Notes: a model not told the origin generated them from the sequence alone. DNA of 64,000 nucleotides from Promethearchaeota archaeon (GCA_048938105.1 JBHLMN010000018.1:1-64000), one strand, 5' to 3'; numbered from the stretch's first letter, positions 1 to 10,531 are shown. Program-made: numbers and translations.

Positions 1-702
1 AAAAAAGCTAAATTGATAGAAAAAATCAGCCCAGTCATGCTCAAGAGGGAAGAAAGGACGAAAAATCAATTGAACTACTAAAAGAGGTAAAATAAATATT
101 AAAATTCCTCCTCGATATTCAGATATTTGTACGAGCCATGAAATTACTTGTTTACCTGAATTACCTTTAAGCCAAAGGAATAGAGGGAGCCCAAGTAGAG
201 AGAATGAGAATAGAAATCCGAGAAACCATAGATGATAACCTAATGCTCCAAACCACATTGGACTGAAACCAGCATAACGATTGAGGACAAATTCGAGAAA
301 TGACCCCGTAAGTGATCCTTTCATAGTATTGAAGTACCATTCTAGGTAAAGCATGATAGGCGAGAACAAGATGACTCCAACAATATAAGGAATGAGAAGG
401 CGCTTGAAACGCTCCTCAACGTATTGTTGGCTGCTGCGGCGACGTAATGCAAACCAACTGCCTGCCCCAGCTAACAAGAAAAATAATTGCATTCCCCATA
501 GTGAGAAAAAAACAATAGCGATAGTTAATTCCAAACTTAACTCATCATTTTTGACATGCCAATAAGTTAAATCAAAGGGATGGACTGCATGATAGAGGAA
601 AACTCCAAGAATAGCTAGTACTCGTAACCAATCAATATAATGTAAACGGACGGATTCTTGGGTTATCTCAACTGGTGTTTGAGAAATAACTTCATTCTTC
701 AT
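1..702 (-). CDS. Acyltransferase family 3 (MdoC/OpgC-like) membrane protein, truncated by the window start
   Basis: Not in the ORF track. Own translation from ATG at 702: MKNEVISQTPVEITQESVRLHYIDWLRVLAILGVFLYHAVHPF...MQLFFLLAG...ERFKRLLIPY...YHLWFLGFLF. The IDWLR, RxxRLLIP and HLWFL motifs are Acyl_transf_3 signatures. Confidence 0.85.
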   Translation of the reverse strand, partial: MKNEVISQTPVEITQESVRLHYIDWLRVLAILGVFLYHAVHPFDLTYWHVKNDELSLELTIAIVFFSLWGMQLFFLLAGAGSWFALRRRSSQQYVEERFKRLLIPYIVGVILFSPIMLYLEWYFNTMKGSLTGSFLEFVLNRYAGFSPMWFGALGYHLWFLGFLFSFSLLGLPLFLWLKGNSGKQVISWLVQISEYRGGILIFILPLLVVQLIFRPFFPLEHDWADFFYQFSFF

Positions 703-1236
703 CTACTTCACTTCCAATTTGTTAAATGAAACAATAGGGAAAAAGGAGGAGGGGAAAAAAGTTCAGTGTGATCAGGTAGTCTGTACTGAGAATTGAAGAA
801 AGTCTTTGATAAGAAAGGATAGCTCTTGGTCAAAGAGCCTTTATATGTCTTCATTGTCTCATTATGATTGTTAAACAGTTCTTTTCAATTTACAGTTATT
901 GATCCTATATATAGTTATTGGCTTAACAAAAGAAAGTAAGAATAGACTGAAATAGATTAGAAAAATCAGGAATTTTCCTCCTTTTTCCTTAATATTATAA
1001 TATTCCATAGAACCAAAGATATGAGGAGGCTAATTTTGATCTTGAAAATCCTCTGAAAACTTAATAAAATGCTACAAAACCTTCTAAAATTTGGAGATCA
1101 ATACAGAAGTTAGTTTTCGGATATTTTTGTCTATAAAATATTTAAGTTCTCTTCAAAATAAGAAAAAGTTTAGTAAAAGGGATTTAAGGTGTAATGAACT
1201 CTGTTCTCAAGCTGCACAGCTTAAACTCAAGATATT

Positions 1237-2177
1237 TTGATATTCATTTACATACTGATAATCAATGATATAATATCGCCAAAGTGGTATTTTGCGACAT
1301 TAAATATTCCCAAAAAAACAAAAATAGTTAACTCAACATTTTACGCTTTACGAAGGCGGTGGACTGCATCTGCATACTCCCAGAATCCTCCTTTTAATGA
1401 ATGGACGCTACAAGGTCACGAAGAGTTCCAGGTGAATGCTTCAACAAAACGGGCATATCCCACAACAGCTGTTCCAGAAATCAAAAATGGAAAATTACAA
1501 ATGCCTGTGGTCACGAAAACTGAAAACCTTAGCGTAAGCTCTGCAATTCATAATTCAACCGTTGCATATGGAACATGGAGTTTTGATTGGGAAATTAGTT
1601 CAAGCACAGGAACAGAACATAAAACGTGGGATAACATATGGTTTATGACAGATATGCCAATCAATTTGACGGGAGTTAATTTAGACACACCTTTCTGTGA
1701 TGGATATGTACTGATGTTGCAGTCAGCCTCAGAAGGGATGTCTGGTGTTCCCCCTAGTTGATATATCTGTGGAAATCCACTCTTTCAGGATATAGAACAT
1801 TAACATCTTATGATATCCCTGGTACCAAAATTACTGGTTCCCATCACATTGATATTACTCGTGATCTCAATGGAGAATTCAATGTTTACATTGATTCAAA
1901 CCATATTATTACTGTAACCGATAATATTATTACAACTTCTGAAAGGATTTTCTTTCGCTCTCACTTGGGTGATTCTGCTTTTGATAATATTATTGTACCT
2001 GATTCAGTTGATAAAACTCCTCCAGAAACGTCAGAAACATCAGAAACTACCACAGTAACAACAACATCTACTACAACCACGATTGAAACAACAAATGCTG
2101 CAGATTATCCACAAATGCTTGTACTAGTTTCTTCAATCAGTGTAATTATCATTTTGAGGAATAAACGAAATAAATAA
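1237..2177 (+). pseudogene. Frameshifted cell-surface beta-sandwich (ConA/lectin-like) protein with Thr-rich stalk and C-terminal membrane anchor
   Basis: ORFs 1237-1761 and 1758-2177 join across a one-base deletion at AGT TG ATA (about 1759). The downstream part ends in a T-rich linker, TM helix and basic tail (RNKRNK). No clear signal peptide in the upstream part. Confidence 0.65.
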
Positions 2178-2400
2178 CATTCTAGGATCTCTACAAATCT
2201 ATAAATTTTTATTTTGTATCCATTACACTAAAAGTTTATACCTCGCTTGGGCAAAAAATAGATATTCCTTTATCTAACTAGCTTTAAGCGACAAATTCTG
2301 ACATATATAACATAAAAATTCTCGAAAGCTATCTTTAACAATTATAAGGTAGATTTGATGACATTATTATAAATAAGGAATAAAAAAATGAATTGATTAT

Positions 2401-2556
2401 AATCTAATTTCAAAAACGACCTCGGTGTCTTGCTATCACTTTTAGAATCTATTTTTTTCCTGTATCTGTCAAAACAAATAAATTGTCTTGTTTTTGGATT
2501 AATTCATTCACGAGAAGAAAGTTAATCTGATGATGAAGACCCTCTTTGTCATGGGA
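2401..2556 (-). repeat. Degenerate copy of the 3' end of the CDF gene (partner 4741-4896)
   Basis: Ungapped alignment to 4741-4896 with 25 mismatches in 156 nt (about 84%). Translates SHDKEGLHHQINFLLVNELIQKQDNLFVLTDTGKK*ILKVIARHRGRF, with a CAG>TAG stop. Confidence 0.9.
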
Positions 2557-2618
2557 AACCACAATAATTTCTGATTCATGATACTTCATAAAAAGTGGAT
2601 ATCCTTAAATAAGCTGAT

Positions 2619-3107
2619 ATGCCTGTAAAAAAACGTCAATCTAAACATAAGGTAGGACTGGAGAACCTCAAATTGGTAGGGGCAGTCATCTTTTTAGTTG
2701 AGATTTTTCTTCTAACTGCAGCTGGTATTATCGGTTATTACTTTTTAATAAAATTTAGTGAACAAAGAAAAGCTTTATCTGTGGTAAAAGGGAAACCACG
2801 ACGATTAAAAATGTTAAATACCACGCGAACACCAAAAACAGTGATAAATGACATTGTACAATTCGCACAAGGGTCTCGTTATCTAATTGAGGATATTGAT
2901 GAGAGTAAAGGCCGATTAATATTAAGTTCGCCCTTTAACCACCTTACGTGGGGATTTTTCTACCCTATTTATATTTCTAGCCAATTGAATGAGAATACAT
3001 TAGTTGAGGTAGGTATTCAAAGCAAATTATATCAGATTGGCCCTCTTGTTTGGAAAGACCATCAACGAATATTTGATAGCATCAAAAGAGCTGTTGGAGA
3101 AAATTAA
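2619..3107 (+). CDS. Small membrane-anchored hypothetical protein
   Basis: 162-aa ORF with an N-terminal TM helix and an alpha/beta soluble domain; 27 nt upstream of the next gene. Confidence 0.7.
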   Translation: MPVKKRQSKHKVGLENLKLVGAVIFLVEIFLLTAAGIIGYYFLIKFSEQRKALSVVKGKPRRLKMLNTTRTPKTVINDIVQFAQGSRYLIEDIDESKGRLILSSPFNHLTWGFFYPIYISSQLNENTLVEVGIQSKLYQIGPLVWKDHQRIFDSIKRAVGEN

Positions 3108-3134
3108 CAAAACTTAATTAAAAGGGATAGAGAA

Positions 3135-4292
3135 ATGAAAATTCTAAAAAAGTATTTTATAATTCCATTTGTTTTTATAATAATAACAACTCATGCGAGT
3201 TGTTATGGTTTCATTCAAGGAGAAAACGTTCGAGAAAATACTTTACGAACTGAAGGACTTGTAATCATACAAGTCGGTGAGGATTTGGTACTTGAAAAAG
3301 GAGTTCAAAGTATCATTACTGAATTAAAACAGGAGAGAAAGCCCTTTCGTTTATTAAAAGTAGTTTCAGAGGAAAAACTCGCGATTACACTGACCAAATA
3401 TCATTCCTATGAGCTGGCTATCGTCGCTCATGGGGAATCAGACGGAATGTCAGTTAAAAAATCATTAATTAAATGGAGCGATATAGCATCTTTGATCGAT
3501 AATCGAGATCAAATGACTTACTTTGCCAGCTGTTATTCGCAATCTGTACTCCTTTATATTACAGATCAAGAACAAAAACAGTTGATCTGGGCACCATGGC
3601 CAGGATTAGCAGACCAGAAAATCGTAGGACTCTCTATAGTTACAGCATTTTTTGCAATGCATGGAGAAATCGAAAAAGCTATTAGTCTATTCGATGCAAT
3701 GCTTACCAATCATGTAGACCGAATGGTTAACCCTTTGGAAGTTCTATGGAATGATATCATTCATCACCAATGGGTATATAATTATTATTATTTCGCCACT
3801 ATTCTTATTGAAAACACAGCAAATTTGATACTTCATCTCGTATTAGACGCTCTTTTGCCAATATGGGTAGTTGCCACCATAATAGAGTTATTATTGGCCG
3901 TAATTCATTCAGCTTCGACAGGACTCTTTTTTGCTGGTTTAGGTATAGGAGTAGGTGATATTTGCGACCTCTATTATGATTATACTCATATTAATAGTCT
4001 TATCCCTCCCTTAGTCATTGTTGTCCCATTCATCGGCGATGTATTAGTGGGAGGGTTACTTTCAGACACTGAGACATACATAGATGTATATCATCATGCT
4101 TCTAGCACTAAATTCAGAGTAAAAGAGCATATTTTTGTCATAGGAGCAACTGCGGGTGGAATTCTTACATTAGGTGTATCTTGGGTAGAATGGCATTTAA
4201 TTTCAAGTGAACCATACGACAGTGGTGGGGGTGGCGGCGGCGGCGGGGGCGGTGGGGGTGGTGGCGGCGGCGGCGGAATTTATCCTATTTAA
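3135..4292 (+). CDS. Secreted protein with caspase/CHAT-like (clan CD) His-Cys domain, hydrophobic C-terminal domain and Gly18 tail
   Basis: Signal peptide; beta-strand-HG (LAIVAHGE) and beta-strand-SC (TYFASCYS) motifs; several hydrophobic helices; ends DS-G18-IYPI. Confidence 0.6.
   Translation: MKILKKYFIIPFVFIIITTHASCYGFIQGENVRENTLRTEGLVIIQVGEDLVLEKGVQSIITELKQERKPFRLLKVVSEEKLAITLTKYHSYELAIVAHGESDGMSVKKSLIKWSDIASLIDNRDQMTYFASCYSQSVLLYITDQEQKQLIWAPWPGLADQKIVGLSIVTAFFAMHGEIEKAISLFDAMLTNHVDRMVNPLEVLWNDIIHHQWVYNYYYFATILIENTANLILHLVLDALLPIWVVATIIELLLAVIHSASTGLFFAGLGIGVGDICDLYYDYTHINSLIPPLVIVVPFIGDVLVGGLLSDTETYIDVYHHASSTKFRVKEHIFVIGATAGGILTLGVSWVEWHLISSEPYDSGGGGGGGGGGGGGGGGGGIYPI
4224..4277 (+). 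repeat. (GGN)18 poly-glycine tract
   Basis: 18 consecutive Gly codons with mixed third positions; GC spike in an AT-rich region. Confidence 0.95.
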
Positions 4293-4749
4293 ATATGGTG
4301 AATTGTTTTATTTGATCCGAAATATGGTAACCACAAAAAAATTTAAACAACCTACTAATCGATGGGAAAACCACTTAATTAATCAAGAATAGTCAAAATC
4401 CCCAAACAGTTTTTTTCTCTACACTCTACTTTTTTTGGGAACTGATATCATTGGTTATCGCTTATTATATTATAATAGGTAAAAATAATTACTAAAGGAA
4501 GATTTTGATTAAGGAGAGATATTAGACTTATCTTCCCAAAATTTCATATGGTGATCTCATTCTTTTGATAATTAAACTCCTACTAGGATATACCAGATCA
4601 TAAAGGGAATAACAGAGAGGGGAATGGGTAACCATCCCTTTATTAGAAGAAGAATTATGGTAATAAAATAACCTAAACCTACTCCATTAGCTAGGATTCC
4701 AAAATACGCTGTTATTCTACTAAACACATTAATGGATTGAAATCTAGTT

Positions 4750-6813
4750 TCAAAAACGCCCTCGATGTCTTGCTATCACTTTAAGAATCTGTTTTTTTCC
4801 CGCATTTGTCAAAACTAATGAACTGTCTTGTTTCTGTATTAATTTATTTTCCAAAAGTGAATTAATTTGATCATGAAGTCCCTCTTTGTCATGAGAATAA
4901 TTTATTGTAAAACTATCTCCCTGACTGTGGTTCAATGTAATAGGGCTGAATTTATTATCAAAAGCTGATTCTAAAATGTTTAATTGATTCGTACCATTTA
5001 GAATTTGGTAAAGAACCCAATTTCCTAGCATACGATCTTGGAACCTGCTGTATGATTTCCATACACCCAATTTATACTTTTCATAATCAATCGCTTCCCC
5101 CTGGCTCACACTACGTAAATCTTGAAATATCTCGTATGCGCCTTTCAGTATTATAAATCCAATAAAGCATCCAACCAATCCATCAAGTATGTAAATTTGG
5201 AAATAGTCAGCTCCTATGGCAATAAGCACCAACAGTGCGTTTAAAACATGATTTTTACTATCTTCAGATTGAGCTAGAATGGCAAGGCTTTGATTAATAT
5301 AGCCACTATACCGTTGATAAAGATAAAGGCAAATACAGAAAATAATAGAAATAACAGCTATTGTAATTGCTAGCATTTCTTCTGCTAAGCCCACAGGATG
5401 TAGAATTCGATCAATACTTGAGAATACAACACCAATTCCTGTAAAAACCATAAGCCCAATTAAAATATAGGTTGCTTGGATTTCTTTTTTGATCTTCATA
5501 GATAACCCTACGACAATTGAGGATATACCGTCAATCGCTGAATCTAATCCGTCCCCCAAAAGGCTAATGCTTCCAGTAATTACGAAGCCTATCAGTTTTA
5601 GAGATCCTAAAAATAAGTGCAATATGAGTGATAATATTGGGGATATCGCTGGCTTTGTTAATGAGAAGACAAATCGTAAAAACTTGATCATTTGCTTTAC
5701 TGCATCATCAGCGGGTTGTTTTCCTTTCTCTGTTAATGAATAGAGTCCTTCTTCTTTCTTAATAATTTCTTTCTTTTCCAGATATGTTAATCCAATTTGA
5801 TTCCACCATGTGTGAATAGGATTTCTAGCTTCTTCAAGAAACATTGGGGCCCCAAAAAACATTGCAATTCTACTATCTATATCTAAAATTTCATGATAGC
5901 TATAAGGTCTCTCATTAAGAAACATGAGGACATGTCTGGTGTAACGTTCAAGATTTATCCTAATTGCTTCTCCCATGATAATTATACCATATGTTAGGGC
6001 AATTAATCCTTCAATAAAAAATAAACCAAATAATTCGGCGACAATAGGGAATAATGCTAAAGCAGGAAGAAAAATATCTCCCTTAACTTTTTTTGTAAAA
6101 ACCAATAGATTAAGACTGTTATTTACAGAGGAAGCAAAGTGTAAATACAGAAATAATGATAACCCAATGAGTATTGCAATAGCAACATAGAAAAATGAAA
6201 GTTCTAGATTGATACCTCCACCTGGATTTAGAGTCAGAAGGATTCCAGCAATGAAGAACGATATTCCTGTGAGTATGTAGAAAACCTGAATGATTCGAAT
6301 CAGGATAGTCTCATGCTCTATTCTTATAGCAATACTTACTACAGCTATTGTTAGTACTCCAAAAATTGAGCTAAAACTATCAGATAAGAATATTAAATTG
6401 CCTGTGTGTATGTATCCTATTATTTTTACTAGCCATAAAACCAGAGATCCTGTTAATAAAATAAAGAAAGAAAATCTTTGATTTGTTAAGCCTCTTGTCC
6501 ATGATCTGTACTGTTGGGTTCTTTTATGGGAAATATCAACTTTAGACTTACCTTTTTCGGTTAAATAATACATATCGTCTTTATTTGTAACTAATTCGTC
6601 TTCTTTGAGATATAACAGAGCTTTTTCAACTCTCAAGTCCACTTTACGGAAATGTCTTTGCTTATTTAACAGAAAAAAATCCCTTATACTATCAAAATCA
6701 TGCGATTTTTGACTTAATAATTCAAGAATTACCTTTTTTTCATAGTGATAACTGAATTTAGAAGCTTTCAATCGAATATTATCGAATAAATTTCCCACGG
6801 TGTTCATTCCCAA
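4750..6813 (-). CDS. Tandem cation diffusion facilitator (CDF) transporter with three winged-helix modules
   Basis: Two CDF TM blocks (KIIGYIHTGNLIFLSDSFSS; KLIGFVITGSISLLGDGLDSAID...EDSKNH). Three wHTH wing motifs (YYLTEKGK, YSLTEKGK, LVLTNAGK). Confidence 0.8.
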   Translation of the reverse strand: MGMNTVGNLFDNIRLKASKFSYHYEKKVILELLSQKSHDFDSIRDFFLLNKQRHFRKVDLRVEKALLYLKEDELVTNKDDMYYLTEKGKSKVDISHKRTQQYRSWTRGLTNQRFSFFILLTGSLVLWLVKIIGYIHTGNLIFLSDSFSSIFGVLTIAVVSIAIRIEHETILIRIIQVFYILTGISFFIAGILLTLNPGGGINLELSFFYVAIAILIGLSLFLYLHFASSVNNSLNLLVFTKKVKGDIFLPALALFPIVAELFGLFFIEGLIALTYGIIIMGEAIRINLERYTRHVLMFLNERPYSYHEILDIDSRIAMFFGAPMFLEEARNPIHTWWNQIGLTYLEKKEIIKKEEGLYSLTEKGKQPADDAVKQMIKFLRFVFSLTKPAISPILSLILHLFLGSLKLIGFVITGSISLLGDGLDSAIDGISSIVVGLSMKIKKEIQATYILIGLMVFTGIGVVFSSIDRILHPVGLAEEMLAITIAVISIIFCICLYLYQRYSGYINQSLAILAQSEDSKNHVLNALLVLIAIGADYFQIYILDGLVGCFIGFIILKGAYEIFQDLRSVSQGEAIDYEKYKLGVWKSYSRFQDRMLGNWVLYQILNGTNQLNILESAFDNKFSPITLNHSQGDSFTINYSHDKEGLHDQINSLLENKLIQKQDSSLVLTNAGKKQILKVIARHRGRF

Positions 6814-7189
6814 GAATAAGTTCTGTTCTTTTTCGTAGAAATTGATTGTTTAAAAGTTATTATTCTGGCAGGAAATAGAAGCTAAGAAAACAGATTTCAA
6901 TCAGTAATAACTGCAAGTTATCGACCATATGTAATGGTCAAGTGGAACTGCTTATCGATTTTAAATTATAATTCGTGATAGCGGAAATGATATGGACTTA
7001 ATGATTGAGGAGCAATAATATATGGACACTTTGTTTAATCAGTAATAAACTAAAAAAACAATCTCCTCCTTCATGTATTTTGTTAATGATTTTCTAAAAA
7101 ATTATTTTTATAGAAATATTTATTAGTAAAATGGTTATAAACCATTTTAAGTCATTTAAAGTTTATAATTCCTGATTGGAGGCATTTTT

Positions 7190-8119
7190 TTGGAAATCGG
7201 TGATTTCATCAAAATTTCTGACCACACTTCAATGGTAATTGGAGAAAGACCACATGGAAATACTGGCGGGATTTCTCTTGAGAATTATACTGTTGCAGTT
7301 GATTCCACTGGTAACTTAAGTGGTGGGAAAATTTTCCGCAAAAAGCTTGAGAACTATTACAATCTCCCAATTAAATACGTCATATTTACTCACTATCATG
7401 GAGATCATATCAATGGAAGACAAGCGTTTAAGGATGTTGATCTAATAATCTCTGATTTTATTCCGACAGATAAGGGACGATTTCAGAATGCTATTTTCAT
7501 TAAAGATGATTATTCAATCCAAGACGAGAATCTCGAGGTGAAAATATTCCATACTGGGGGTCATACGGTTGATTCGATGTTCGTGCATTTTCCTAGCGAG
7601 GAAATTGTTTTTGCAGGAGATATAATTTTCGAGAATCTTTTTCCACCCTTTGGTGGTGATCCGACTTGCAATCCGGAGCTATGGTTCCAGGCTTTGGAGA
7701 AAATCGAAGCATTAAATCCTATTAAAATTGTCCCAGGACACGGACCATATCTCACAGGGGATAAAATCAATAACCACCTATCTAATTTGCAAAAGCTTCG
7801 AATTAATGTCAAAAAAGCAATTAAAGAGAATCTGAAACCTCATGAAATTGAGATATCTGATTATTATGGCGAATTCCATCAAAGATGGATGTCAAGAACT
7901 CTTCCTCACTGGTTTTCGTTCTATAGTACAATTGACAAAATCCCTGGAATTTTAGAAGAAATTCGATCGAATTCCCATGATCATAATAGAATTTTACTTT
8001 CAAAAATGACAATAAAAGAATTAAAAGTTTTAGCTAATCATCTAAAATTCAGGCCTAGTGGAAATAAAAATAAAATAATAAGTGAGATAATAGATTACTT
8101 AGAAAAGCATGAATCTTAG
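7190..8119 (+). CDS. MBL-fold metallo-hydrolase with C-terminal SAP-like domain
   Basis: THYHGDH, GGHT, AGD and PGHG motifs. C-terminal LSKMTIKELKVLANHLKFRPSGNKNKIISEI resembles the SAP consensus. Confidence 0.85.
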   Translation: MEIGDFIKISDHTSMVIGERPHGNTGGISLENYTVAVDSTGNLSGGKIFRKKLENYYNLPIKYVIFTHYHGDHINGRQAFKDVDLIISDFIPTDKGRFQNAIFIKDDYSIQDENLEVKIFHTGGHTVDSMFVHFPSEEIVFAGDIIFENLFPPFGGDPTCNPELWFQALEKIEALNPIKIVPGHGPYLTGDKINNHLSNLQKLRINVKKAIKENLKPHEIEISDYYGEFHQRWMSRTLPHWFSFYSTIDKIPGILEEIRSNSHDHNRILLSKMTIKELKVLANHLKFRPSGNKNKIISEIIDYLEKHES

Positions 8120-8133
8120 AATGTAGTTTTCAG

Positions 8134-9660
8134 ATGATAGAAGTGGTAAAACAAAGAAGGAGAGAATTTGGGGAATTTCAAACTCCTAATGAGTTGGCAA
8201 GTAAAATTATCTATCATTTAAAACTGTTAGGCTTCTCCCCTGCTTCTATCATTGAACCAACTTGCGGTACTGGCTCTTTTATTTTCGCATGTTTAGAAAT
8301 ATTCTCAGAAGCGAAAATTATTGGAATAGATATTAATTCCAATTATTTAGACTTAATCACAGAAAAATTATCTCAGATAAATGGATTAAAAAAGGTTGAA
8401 CTCCTTCAAGCGAACTTTTTCGATGTAGATTGGCAAAAAAAGATTGAGAAGCTTACTGAACCAGTTTTAATTGTTGGAAATCCTCCATGGGTCACATCAT
8501 CAGAAATTGGTGTTTTGGGTGGTACTAATATCCCTGTAAAAAGTAATATTCATGGTTTTCAAGGTTTGGACACGAAAACTGGTAAAAGTAATTTTGACAT
8601 CTCTGAATGGATGATAATAGAGCTATTAAAAACTCTAAATGGACATTTAGGTACTCTTACGATGCTTTGTAAAGTAGCAGTTGCACGAAAAGTGTTGTCA
8701 TATGCCAAAAAGGGTGGAATTTCAGTGTTTTCCTCAAAAATAATTCATATCGATGCTAAAGAGTATTTTGGCGCCTCAGTCGACGCATGTTTATTCATCT
8801 GTAACCTAAGACCTGATTCACAGAATTATTACTGCCAAGTTTATGAGAACTTTAATTCAAACATCCCAATTCAAGAAATTGGATATATTGACGAAAGAAT
8901 GGTAGCAAATCTACCATTATATAAAAAGTGGAAACACTTACTTGGGGAAAGTACTTACGTTTGGCGTTCAGGGATTAAACATGATTGTGCAAAGGTAATG
9001 GAATTAATAAGGACCGATAATGGATTTCTTAATGGATTTGGGGAGAATGTCACAATCGAAAATAATTACATTTATCCAATGCTCAAAAGCTCTGATTTGG
9101 CTAATAATCGAACTAAAAATATTGAACGATGGATGATTGTTACACAAAAGTCTATAGGAGAAGATACATCTACTATCCAAGAGGAGGCCCCTTTAACATG
9201 GGAATATTTAGAGAAGAATGGTCATCTTCTTGAGAATCGGGCAAGTAGCATATATCTGAATCGCCCTCAATATTCTATATTTGGTGTTGGAAGTTATACG
9301 TTTTCTCCTTGGAAGGTTGCAATTTCTGGGTTTTATAAAGACTTGAAATTCAGATTAATAGGACCATTTGAAAAAAAACCTGTTGTATTTGATGACACTT
9401 GTTACTTCATTCCAGCTAGATCTTTAGAAGAAGCAGCAACACTTCATTCCCTATTGAATCATCCAATTGCCCGTGAATTTTATCAGTCTTTCATCTATTG
9501 GGACGAAAAACGACCAATTACTAAGCAAGTCTTGAAACAACTTGACTTTAAGAAGTTATTTTATGAGATTGGTTATTTTACACTCCTAGATATATTACTA
9601 GATAACTACAGGGGCATAAAAAAGGATTTAATAATTTCTAGCTTAGAACAATTTAAATAA
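8134..9660 (+). CDS. N6-adenine DNA methyltransferase (gamma class)
   Basis: GEFQTP (motif X), IEPTCGTGSF (motif I), GNPPW (motif IV) and a C-terminal target-recognition region. Confidence 0.9.
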   Translation: MIEVVKQRRREFGEFQTPNELASKIIYHLKLLGFSPASIIEPTCGTGSFIFACLEIFSEAKIIGIDINSNYLDLITEKLSQINGLKKVELLQANFFDVDWQKKIEKLTEPVLIVGNPPWVTSSEIGVLGGTNIPVKSNIHGFQGLDTKTGKSNFDISEWMIIELLKTLNGHLGTLTMLCKVAVARKVLSYAKKGGISVFSSKIIHIDAKEYFGASVDACLFICNLRPDSQNYYCQVYENFNSNIPIQEIGYIDERMVANLPLYKKWKHLLGESTYVWRSGIKHDCAKVMELIRTDNGFLNGFGENVTIENNYIYPMLKSSDLANNRTKNIERWMIVTQKSIGEDTSTIQEEAPLTWEYLEKNGHLLENRASSIYLNRPQYSIFGVGSYTFSPWKVAISGFYKDLKFRLIGPFEKKPVVFDDTCYFIPARSLEEAATLHSLLNHPIAREFYQSFIYWDEKRPITKQVLKQLDFKKLFYEIGYFTLLDILLDNYRGIKKDLIISSLEQFK

Positions 9661-9907
9661 CAGCGAGCTTAACCGTAAAATGGTAGAGAGATGATAGTAC
9701 ATTTTGAATGAACATATATAGATCTACTCCAATCACATGTAGTTAATTGCCTTTTTTTTACAGAAAAGGGAGTATAAGGCACACCGTATATATTATGGAA
9801 AGGTGTTGATCATTATAGATTAACCGTTCCTTTTCCAAAGAGCTGTATTGGCGTAACAATGCTCCTTTGTACATCTAAATGGTGGATTTAATGTGTGAAT
9901 CTCTGTC

Positions 9908-10153
9908 TTATACTTGTTGTTTCTTTGAAGAGACTATCATTATAGATCCCGAAATTGATGTCGCGTTGAGTATACCCATCAGTAATAATAGGATCTCAAG
10001 TCTTACTTCAGAACTACCCTCAAGTGAAAGATTTTGGAAGAGACCTATAGAGAATAATAAAGCAAAGAAAAAGGAAATACCTGCTATCATCCATAAAATC
10101 GTCCCAAATGTTATAAAACCGTTATTATTTATATGCAAAATGTGTTGATCCAT
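9908..10153 (-). CDS. Small two-TM membrane protein
   Basis: 81-aa ORF with two hydrophobic helices; GAGG upstream on the minus strand. Confidence 0.5.
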   Translation of the reverse strand: MDQHILHINNNGFITFGTILWMIAGISFFFALLFSIGLFQNLSLEGSSEVRLEILLLLMGILNATSISGSIMIVSSKKQQV

Positions 10154-10531
10154 TTTTTAACCTCAAAATAGATTCTATCAAAAATTCCATTTCAAAATTC
10201 ATTGTCATGTTTAATTTGAAAGAGATACAGGGCAAGTTTATTTTTCAACATAATACCATATTATCTTTTTCTTAAATACTGGAATTTTCATAGATAAATA
10301 AAAAAAGAATTATTAGAATTATTTCTCATTTTTGTTTTAAGAATATTTGTTCTTAAATGTTTATTAGTAAATTGAATCTGCTGCAACATTTACGAAGTGA
10401 TTTAACAATAACTCTACCTAAAGGATATTCCTAAAGGAAAATCAAAATAAATTATAATTTTTGCATCACAGATTTCTAATAATCAGATGAGTTTGTACAA
10501 TAAAGAAAGAAAAAGATATTAGCTGGTATCT

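Noticed and set aside
815-842. Hairpin GCTCTT-ggtca-AAGAGC upstream of the acyltransferase
   Set aside because: Short stem that could arise by chance; no riboswitch consensus recognised.
4207-4392. Ala/Val-rich 61-aa ORF
   Set aside because: Alternative-frame reading of the poly-Gly tract.
9661-9900. Cognate restriction endonuclease for the methyltransferase
   Set aside because: No open frame or PD-(D/E)xK motif is recognisable downstream.
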